64,000 bases of DNA, taken from assembly GCA_027622665.1 (NCBI GenBank), contig JAQBYT010000003.1:96001-160000 (forward strand), given 5' to 3'. Position numbers and translations under genes: made by a program. Of the stretch, positions 41,409 to 49,137 are shown piece by piece; position 1 is the first letter of the stretch, and every line of letters begins with the position of its first letter. The notes below the pieces were generated by a model that made no database searches, was not told the DNA's origin, and worked only from the letters and a program-made list of their open reading frames with translations. Source of the DNA: Verrucomicrobiota bacterium (GTDB lineage: Bacteria; Verrucomicrobiota; Verrucomicrobiia; Opitutales; Seribacteraceae).

Positions 41409-41807
41409 ATGAAAGCCCGCCTCGTTCTCGCCTGTCTTGCCACGGGAGCTCTTTTTGGAAAACCCGAGGGCAAGCCCAATGTCCTTCTGCTCACGATCGA
41501 CGACTTGAATGACTGGGTCGGTTGCCTCGGGGGCCATGCTCAGGCTTCCACCCCCAACCTCGACCGCCTCGCCAAGCGGGGCATGCTCTTTACCAACGCC
41601 CATTGCCAAGCCCCCATCGGCAACCCCTCACGAACAAGCTTCATGCTCGGTCTGCGCCCGGCCGACGCTTGGCCATCGACAAGCAACTCGTGTCCGACAT
41701 CGGCAGCAAATCCCGCCTATGGGACTACGGCACCCAAGCCTACCCCGAGGAAAAGTTCGTTGATCACATCGTGGCAGACCGGGCGATCAAGAGCCTCGGC
41801 TAAATAG
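41409..41807 (+). pseudogene. Truncated, frameshifted sulfatase (iduronate/choline sulfatase-like)
   Basis: [15 protein letters not shown]...TPNLDRLA...[11 protein letters not shown], where the catalytic Cys position is Gly. Homology breaks near 41660 and resumes briefly in another frame (LWDYG...[11 protein letters not shown]). Confidence 0.8.
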
Positions 41808-41835
41808 GTGGGAAAGTGATCAATGAATTGATCGC

Positions 41836-42090
41836 CTGAAAACCAAAATTCAAAAAACATTCTTCATATCCTTGTTCACTTTGGCTGTTGCAGTTACTGC
41901 CTTCTCCAAGGATCGGCCCAATGTGCTTTTCCACGTATCAGGCGACCACGCCTACAAAGCTGTCGGATTCGATGGATACTGAACCAATCTCAATGAGATT
42001 AAGGATATGTAATCTTCACTCGAACTTTCCGACATCAGGTAGAAAACGAGACGAAAACGTGGTTAGCGGATTGAGGAGCTAGGAGTCATA
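41836..42090 (+). pseudogene. Heavily eroded sulfatase remnant (not in the ORF track)
   Basis: Hand translation from CTG 41836: KTKIQKTFFISLFTLAVAVTAFSKDRPNVLFHVSGDHAYKAVGFDGY*, then TNLNEIKDM*SSLELSDIR*..RIEELGV, which resembles a sulfatase C-terminus. Confidence 0.6.
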
Positions 42091-42199
42091 CTGTCAGACC
42101 TTCTAGCTCACACATTAGAACAATCGACAAGATCCACAGCATTAATCTCAAGCAAAAAAAGAAGTGACGAACCTGAGAAATCGAGAATAAGCTCAAGAG

Positions 42200-43270
42200 A
42201 TGAATGAAATCAGTCACATAGTTAAGGAGCACCTCAGCAGACTTGGCCCGCTAGACTATTTCACATTAGGCGTAAATTTCTTCATCTTGTTGTTTTCCAA
42301 GAAGTTCGCTAATCACTACGGAGGCATTAAGGACGAAAATCGAAGCCGAAGCCGCCTTCGAATTCTGCATTGCGGAAACTTCCTACTTTTTGCCACTTAT
42401 CTCGTGGCAGTCGTGTTTGAGTTTCGATTGGCGGTATCCTTCAGCCAAACTTTTCTCGTCATCCTTGCGAGCTATCTCCTGATTCATTTCGTCGAAGCAG
42501 TAATTCTGCAAAAATACGGGAAAACTCGTACCATCGAGGAGGTAACCCGAACGACTGAAACTCACACATCTCGGACGCTAGAACTCGTTGTTTGCGCCAT
42601 CATCTTCTGCATAGCCACGGTACTATTGATCAACATCTGGGGATTTGAGGACTGGCTTCAAACTACCAGCGTACTAGGTTTTCTCGCCCTTTTAGTGTTC
42701 GCGACCAAGGAATATTGGGCGGGCGATTTTCTCAGTGGCATAATCCTAATCGGGCAAGGACGAATCGAACGCGGCGACGTGTTGATCATCAAGGAAGAAG
42801 ACATTCGTGGAATCGTCCTTCAAATAAACGGACTTCAGACAATTATTCGAAATCTCGTAGATGGACACGACATAATTCTACCTAATTACAAATTAAGGCA
42901 ATCTCGAGTAGACGTACTCAAGACCGACTTGAGACGCGGCGTTCGTAATCACGTCGACTTCATGATTGGATACGGAAAGCCATCCGAGGACGTGAATGCC
43001 TTTCTTTTGGAGGTATGGGAAACCGCAGTTGCAAAAGGTCTGGTTCTGAAGGACGTCAGTTCCGACATTGCACTTAAAGAGTGTGGCGATCACGGCAACC
43101 GTTGGCGAATCAGCTATACCTTAAAGAGTCCGCACCGACTGATAGAGACCAAGAACCTCATCCGCAAGGCAGCTTATGACTTGCAGGAAAAGCACGACAT
43201 AGAACTGGCAACTCCGACCACCATTCGATTCCCTGACGGCCATTTCCCGAACGCGAATGAACAAGCATAG
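42200..43270 (+). CDS. Mechanosensitive ion channel, MscS family
   Basis: Several TM helices, then DFLSGIILIGQGRIERGDVLII...GIVLQING..TIIR...IILPN. Confidence 0.8.
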   Translation: MNEISHIVKEHLSRLGPLDYFTLGVNFFILLFSKKFANHYGGIKDENRSRSRLRILHCGNFLLFATYLVAVVFEFRLAVSFSQTFLVILASYLLIHFVEAVILQKYGKTRTIEEVTRTTETHTSRTLELVVCAIIFCIATVLLINIWGFEDWLQTTSVLGFLALLVFATKEYWAGDFLSGIILIGQGRIERGDVLIIKEEDIRGIVLQINGLQTIIRNLVDGHDIILPNYKLRQSRVDVLKTDLRRGVRNHVDFMIGYGKPSEDVNAFLLEVWETAVAKGLVLKDVSSDIALKECGDHGNRWRISYTLKSPHRLIETKNLIRKAAYDLQEKHDIELATPTTIRFPDGHFPNANEQA

Positions 43271-43655
43271 TCCGAAAACCCTACTGGAATCAGCGGCCGA
43301 AGCACGCAAAAATGCCCATTCGAAATATTCGAGATTCTCGGTAGGTTCGGCTCTGCTAACCGAAGACGGTTCGGTTTTCTTGGGTTGCAACGTCGAGAAC
43401 GCATCCTACGGACTCACCATTTGCGCAGAACGCGTTGCCTTGACATCTGCAGTCACCGCGGGGCACAAATCTTTTCAGGCCATAGCGATAGTGGCCGACG
43501 AATTGGCGGCGCCGTGCGGAGCATGCAGGCAAGTTTTAGCTGAATTCTGCAAGGATGATTTTCTCATTTACATTGCCTCGGCCAAAGACAGCGCATCGTT
43601 CGAGACTCACCTCATGGGAAAGCTTTTGCCTGAAAGGTTTCATTTCCATCCATAA
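43257..43655 (+). CDS. cdd: Cytidine deaminase (homotetrameric type)
   Basis: YSRFSVGSA, GCNVENASYGLTICAER, PCGACRQ. Confidence 0.95.
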   Translation: MNKHSPKTLLESAAEARKNAHSKYSRFSVGSALLTEDGSVFLGCNVENASYGLTICAERVALTSAVTAGHKSFQAIAIVADELAAPCGACRQVLAEFCKDDFLIYIASAKDSASFETHLMGKLLPERFHFHP

Positions 43656-43659
43656 GGTC

Positions 43660-45237
43660 ATGACTTCCAAGACCCTTATCTTCATCCTTTTTATTTTAGC
43701 GGGCTCATGTTCCCTTTTCGGGAAAAGGCCAAACGTCCTGCTAATAATGTCGGACGACATGGGCTACTCCGACATCGGTTGCTTCGGAGGAGAAATCCTC
43801 ACCCCTCACCTCGATTCTCTATCTAAGGGAGGAATCCGCTTTACCAACTTCTACAGTGAGAACATGTGCTGGGTCTCTCGTGCTTCCATGCTGACCGGCG
43901 TCTATCACCGAACGTCCCTCAAGAACAGCACCCTTCACCCCCGCTGCCTACCCCTGCCCAAATCACTCCAAGCTAACGGATATGCAACCGGAATGATGGG
44001 CAAGTGGCATTTGGCGGGTAATTATACGAAAAACAACGGCGCCAACGCCGTCTACCCCGATCAGCGCGGTTTCGACCGTTTTTACGGAATTCTTGGTGGA
44101 GCCAACAGTTTCTTCGCCCCTTTCGGTTTACGCCGGGACCGCAAGTCAATCGACGACGAATTCATGAATGATCCGGATTATTACTTCACCGACGCGATTG
44201 GCAAGGAAGCCATCGCCTTTCTCAAGGAAACGCCAAAGGACAAACCCTTTTTCCTCTACTTGCCCTTCACCGCCGCCCACTGGCCGTTGCATGCGCCCGC
44301 TGGGGAAATCGAAAAGTACAAGGGGAAGTTCTCCGCCGGTTGGGACGAACTGCGTCGTAAGCGTCTCAAGCGGATGAAGGAGCTCGGGGTCATTGACCCG
44401 GGAGTCAAGCTCTCCCCCCGCCACCCCAACGTACCGGCATGGAAGGATGAGAAACACAAGACCTGGCAGGAGAGAAGGATGGAAGTCTACGCCGCTCAGG
44501 TCTCTATCATGGACAGAGTAATCGGACGAGTACTCGATCACTTGCGCAAATCCGGCCAACTGGACGACACTCTTACCTTCTTCACCATCGACAACGGGGG
44601 CTGCCACGTTGAATACGGGGCAAATAGGAAGGGAGACTACCTGCCGGAAAAGACGAGAGACGGAAGGCCCATGAAGCCAGGCAACCTGACGGATCTCATG
44701 CCGGGGCCTGAAATCACCTACCAAAGCTACGGTTACGGATGGGCGAACCTTTCAAACACTCCGCATCGACTTTTCAAGCAATACGATCACGAGGGAGGAA
44801 TCCACACACCGATGATTGCTCACTGGCCGAAAGGCATAGCGGGCAAAGGTAAAACTGTCGACACCCTCTCCCACCTCGTGGACTTGATGCCAACGATTCT
44901 CGACGCCACGAAGGTAAATCCACCTAACACATCCGGCGGCATGCCTCGCATCAAGTGGGATGGTCGATCGCTTTTGCCATCCCTTAAAGGAGAAAAGCAA
45001 CCAGATCCCCAGATACTATTCTTTCATCACGCCAAAGGACGCGCCCTTCGTTCAGGTAAATGGAAACTGGTCAGCAATCGCGACAAAGGGAAAAAAGCCA
45101 AATGGGAACTCTACGACCTCTCCACTGACCCTAACGAACTTCAAGACATTGCCGAGCAAAACCCAAAGCAAGTTCAGGCTCTAGCCAAAAATTGGGAAGA
45201 CAAAGAAAAAGAATTCGTTTCGAGAGGGAAAGACTGA
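43660..45237 (+). CDS. Arylsulfatase with a non-canonical CWVSR motif
   Basis: RPNVLLIMSDDMGYSD, GKWHL, AAHWPLHAP, DNGG, HEGGIHTP. Confidence 0.9.
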   Translation: MTSKTLIFILFILAGSCSLFGKRPNVLLIMSDDMGYSDIGCFGGEILTPHLDSLSKGGIRFTNFYSENMCWVSRASMLTGVYHRTSLKNSTLHPRCLPLPKSLQANGYATGMMGKWHLAGNYTKNNGANAVYPDQRGFDRFYGILGGANSFFAPFGLRRDRKSIDDEFMNDPDYYFTDAIGKEAIAFLKETPKDKPFFLYLPFTAAHWPLHAPAGEIEKYKGKFSAGWDELRRKRLKRMKELGVIDPGVKLSPRHPNVPAWKDEKHKTWQERRMEVYAAQVSIMDRVIGRVLDHLRKSGQLDDTLTFFTIDNGGCHVEYGANRKGDYLPEKTRDGRPMKPGNLTDLMPGPEITYQSYGYGWANLSNTPHRLFKQYDHEGGIHTPMIAHWPKGIAGKGKTVDTLSHLVDLMPTILDATKVNPPNTSGGMPRIKWDGRSLLPSLKGEKQPDPQILFFHHAKGRALRSGKWKLVSNRDKGKKAKWELYDLSTDPNELQDIAEQNPKQVQALAKNWEDKEKEFVSRGKD

Positions 45238-45321
45238 TCCTTGCCCCTAGAAATCCTTTGTGACGGCTCATTCCATTAGTGACTTAATGGCATTTCAAAC
45301 TAAGGTCGAGGTTCCATTCAA

Positions 45322-47751
45322 ATGAAGATTCCTCACCTACATCTTCCAATATTTCTGGCCTTTGGTTCGGTATTAACAAGTGCCACTGCTTACGGCGGAA
45401 ACGATTTCGAGCAATCAGTGAAACCCATACTGGCGAAGCGATGCTTTCGTTGCCACGGACCGGAGAAACAAAAGGGCAAGTTACGACTGGATCAATTGGA
45501 TCCCGACATGGTGAAAAGCAATGCCGCCGAGACTTGGCACGACGCCCTGAATCAATTGAACCTCGGAGAAATGCCCCCCGAGGATGAACCGCAACTCAGC
45601 CCAGAGGAACGGACCACGCTCACGCAGTGGCTTAACTTCGAATTGAAGCGGGCCGCCAAAGCCCTTCAACACACCGGCGGACAAGCCGTGCTTCGTCGAC
45701 TCAATCGGGCGGAGTACCAAAACACCATGACGGACCTGCTGGGTTTCGAGATGAATTACAGCGAGGATCTGCCGTCCGACGCCCGCTCCCCGGAAGGATT
45801 CAAGAACAACGGCGCCTCCTTGGGCATGACCGCGCTGCAAGTCGAAAACTATCTCAAGATCGCGCGGAAGGCCATGGACTTCGTCCTTATGGAGGGAGAG
45901 CAAGAGGAGAGAGAAATTACTGAGCTTGATCGAAACAAAGGGGCCATGAAAGGCCCCAACAGCAAGCGTTTCCCCGGCCTTTCTTCGGACCGCCTGGGGA
46001 GAGTGAACTTTTGGCACGGAGCCTTCAAGGATTTGCCGCGGACAGGTAAATTCAGCATTCGCGTGAAGGCCTACACGGACCGCAAGCCCGGTCAACCAGC
46101 CCCCATGCTCTTCGCTCAATATGGTTATTTCGTTCCGGGGCTAACCCTGAACATAATGGGCGACGCCGGAGAAATCACCATTATGTCGAATACTCCGGAA
46201 TATTATGAAATTTCCGGTTGGCCCGAGTGCTTCCCCCTGCCGGAGGCTCACGTGCCGAACGACAAGTTGAGCGGAATAATCGCGCTGCAAAACGCACTCG
46301 ACGACGGCAATCCGCCCCCCAAGGCCATCAACGAGGTAATCGAGGAAAAAGACAAGAAAGGAAAGATCAGAAAGAAGAAGGTCAAGGTCTACCCTGAGGA
46401 TCCTGATTTCCCACGCATCATCATCGAGTCTGTCGAGTTCGTCCGCAACGACTATCCGTCCTGGCCCCCGCCGCTGCACCGAAGAATCATTCACGATGGA
46501 GAGGAATTGTCAGATCCGCAAGCGATCGACAAAATACTGAACCGTTTTCTTCGGCGCGCTTGGCGACGACCGGTCAACGAGGACGAATCGAAAAGGTGGC
46601 TGGCCCACTTCGAGAGGATGCGGAAGCAGGCGGATTCTCCCATATCGGCTCTAAAGGAAACCCTGTCCGCCGCCTTGGCGTCCTCCCACTTCCTCTACCT
46701 CACCGAGCCTTTCAAGTCCGATAAATCCAGAAGACTCAATGCCCATGAGTTGGCCGCGCGCCTATCCTACTTCCTCTGGAGCTCGATGCCGGACGAGAAA
46801 CTGTTCGACTTGGCTGATTCCGGACGCTTACTCGACACCAAGGTGCTCGGCGAACAATTCAAGCGCATGCTCGCGGATGAAAAAGCCGATCGCTTCGCCG
46901 ATCAGTTCAGCATGCAATGGCTCGATCTCGAGGGAGTCGAAAGGGTGGCCATCAACCCCCAGTACTACAAGGACTTCGACAACCGCCTGAAGCCGGACAT
47001 GGTCGGCGAGACCCAAGCCTTCTTCAAGGCAATCCTCCGCAGCAACACCTCGGCCCTACAGTTTCTCGACGCCGACTTCACCATGCTGAACGCCACCTTG
47101 GCCAAGCACTACGGGTTGAGCGGGCCGAAGTCCCAGTTCTTCGAGCGGGTTTCCTTGAAAGACACGAATCGCCCGGGAGGCCTCCTCGGTCATGCCTCCA
47201 CCCACCTTGCCGGTTCGGACGGAGCGGATTCTCACCCGATCAAGCGAGCGGTCTGGATCAGGGAACATCTCCTGCACGATCCGCCCAATCCTCCGCCACC
47301 CGACATTCCCAGCTTGGAACAAAGCGTGCCTGAATTCGAGAAGCTTTCGGTACGGGAGCAGCTCGAAATCCATCGGGAAAAGGCGGCGTGCGCCGAATGC
47401 CACCGCAGCATCGATCCTTGGGGTATTGCCTTGGAACGGTTTGACGCCATCGGGTTATCCAGGGAAAAAACCGCCACCCAGAAAAAACCGGTGTCCAGTG
47501 ACACGGTACTGCCCGGCAACCACCCAATCGCCGGTTTGGCCGATCTCCAGAAGTATCTCCTTAACGAGAGACGCGATCAGTTCGCCCATGCCTTGGTCAC
47601 CAAACTGCTTATTTATGCTCTCGGCCGCGATGTCGAGTTGAAGGACCAGCCCTTGATCGAGGAATTAAGCAAGTCCTTCGCCCAGAACGATTATCGCTTG
47701 CCCGCCCTCATGGAGGATATTGTGCAGAGCCCACCCTTTTTGTCGCGATAA
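45322..47751 (+). CDS. Planctomycete cytochrome c / DUF1587-1592-1588-1585 domain protein
   Basis: CFRCH, LRRLNRAEYQNT, ELAARLSYFLWSSMPD, SHPIKRAVW, CAECH, YALGR. Confidence 0.88.
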   Translation: MKIPHLHLPIFLAFGSVLTSATAYGGNDFEQSVKPILAKRCFRCHGPEKQKGKLRLDQLDPDMVKSNAAETWHDALNQLNLGEMPPEDEPQLSPEERTTLTQWLNFELKRAAKALQHTGGQAVLRRLNRAEYQNTMTDLLGFEMNYSEDLPSDARSPEGFKNNGASLGMTALQVENYLKIARKAMDFVLMEGEQEEREITELDRNKGAMKGPNSKRFPGLSSDRLGRVNFWHGAFKDLPRTGKFSIRVKAYTDRKPGQPAPMLFAQYGYFVPGLTLNIMGDAGEITIMSNTPEYYEISGWPECFPLPEAHVPNDKLSGIIALQNALDDGNPPPKAINEVIEEKDKKGKIRKKKVKVYPEDPDFPRIIIESVEFVRNDYPSWPPPLHRRIIHDGEELSDPQAIDKILNRFLRRAWRRPVNEDESKRWLAHFERMRKQADSPISALKETLSAALASSHFLYLTEPFKSDKSRRLNAHELAARLSYFLWSSMPDEKLFDLADSGRLLDTKVLGEQFKRMLADEKADRFADQFSMQWLDLEGVERVAINPQYYKDFDNRLKPDMVGETQAFFKAILRSNTSALQFLDADFTMLNATLAKHYGLSGPKSQFFERVSLKDTNRPGGLLGHASTHLAGSDGADSHPIKRAVWIREHLLHDPPNPPPPDIPSLEQSVPEFEKLSVREQLEIHREKAACAECHRSIDPWGIALERFDAIGLSREKTATQKKPVSSDTVLPGNHPIAGLADLQKYLLNERRDQFAHALVTKLLIYALGRDVELKDQPLIEELSKSFAQNDYRLPALMEDIVQSPPFLSR

Positions 47752-47796
47752 ATGCCAAAGTCTTTCATGTTTCAAGAGCAATTGTAAGAAAGACTC

Positions 47797-49137
47797 ATGC
47801 AGAACAAACCATTTCAGATGAATCGCAGAAACATGCTCAAGGCGGCAGGCATCTCCTTGGCCTTGCCTTGGATGGAGTCGTTCGCAGGGCCACGCGCCGC
47901 AGTTCCCCCGAAGCGGTTCTGTTCCATTTACTTTCCTTACGGCGTCAGCCTCCCCAACCAAGATGGCGAATACGGTCAATGGCACTGGTTCCCAAAGGGC
48001 GAAGGCAAGAATTTCACTTTCAACAAGTCGCTCGACCCCCTCGAACCGATGCGTGACCAAGTCACCGTGCTGGGCGGTCTTTCCCATCCCAAGGTAAGAA
48101 GAATCGGAGGTCACGACAGTGGCGACACTTTCCTCACCGGCGAGGAAATGAGCTTGGCCACGACCGGCTTGAAAAACTCCATTTCCTTGGACCAGTTCAT
48201 GGCGCGCTCACACAAGCTGGGAGCAAGCACCCGCTTCACCAGTTTGGTCCTTTCCTCGGATGGCGGTGTGGGTATGCCGACTCGGGCCAACACCCTCTCC
48301 TATGCCCGCAGTGGCCAACCCATACCTTCCCTGAACCGGCCCGCCTTTGTTTTCGAACGGCTTTTCGGTCTGAAAGGCGATTCCATCGACGCCCAAAGGA
48401 AAGGTTTCACCCGAACCGGCAGCCACCTCGACTTATTGCTCGACGAGGCCAAAAGCCTCCATCGGAAACTGGGCAAGACGGACCAAGGCAAGCTCGACCA
48501 GTACCTCACCTCGGTGCGTGAGATCGAGCAGGACGTCGAGCGCTCCGCCCAATGGCTTAACGTTCCGCGCCCCAAGGTGAATGCCGAGGGCTTGAGCCTA
48601 GATGCGGACAACGAGACCCCGGGCAAGCTGATTCATACGATGCTCGACTTAATCGCCCTCGCCTTTCAGACCGATTCGACCCGTTTCGTCACCTACCAGC
48701 TGGCTAGCATGCACGGAGCCATTTCCATCGCCAACAAGTTTCCTTCGCTTCTCGGGTTCCCCAAGGACGCCCATGGTCTGGCTCATGGAGCCGGCAAGGG
48801 TGCGGGGGCTGAGAATCGGGGTAAATGGGACCGCTACCAAACCGAATGCCTAGCCTACTTGATGAAGCGCTTGAGCGAAATGAAGGAAGGCGACGGCAGC
48901 GTGCTGGATAATACTTGCATCTTTTACGGCAGCAGCAACAGCAAGACCCACAACAACAACAATTATCCGCTGATCCTGGCCGGAGGAAAGAACCTCGGCT
49001 ACAAGCACGGACAGTACCTGAAATTCGGCAGCGAAGTGCCTCTGGCCAACTTGTTCGTCACGATGCAGAAGAGCTTGGGGGCAAAGGCCGATTCCTTTGC
49101 CGACAGCACGGGCGAACTGAAAGAAGTCCTCGCCTAG
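47797..49137 (+). CDS. DUF1552 family protein
   Basis: MNRRNMLKAAGISLALPWMES, DQYLTSVREIE, LAFQTDSTR, SVLDNT, PLANL; usual partner of DUF1592. Confidence 0.88.
   Translation: MQNKPFQMNRRNMLKAAGISLALPWMESFAGPRAAVPPKRFCSIYFPYGVSLPNQDGEYGQWHWFPKGEGKNFTFNKSLDPLEPMRDQVTVLGGLSHPKVRRIGGHDSGDTFLTGEEMSLATTGLKNSISLDQFMARSHKLGASTRFTSLVLSSDGGVGMPTRANTLSYARSGQPIPSLNRPAFVFERLFGLKGDSIDAQRKGFTRTGSHLDLLLDEAKSLHRKLGKTDQGKLDQYLTSVREIEQDVERSAQWLNVPRPKVNAEGLSLDADNETPGKLIHTMLDLIALAFQTDSTRFVTYQLASMHGAISIANKFPSLLGFPKDAHGLAHGAGKGAGAENRGKWDRYQTECLAYLMKRLSEMKEGDGSVLDNTCIFYGSSNSKTHNNNNYPLILAGGKNLGYKHGQYLKFGSEVPLANLFVTMQKSLGAKADSFADSTGELKEVLA

Noticed and set aside
48925..48965. AAC-rich tract as a possible DGR template repeat
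   Set aside because: It encodes SSNSKTHNNNNYP inside DUF1552 and has no similarity to the candidate variable region.
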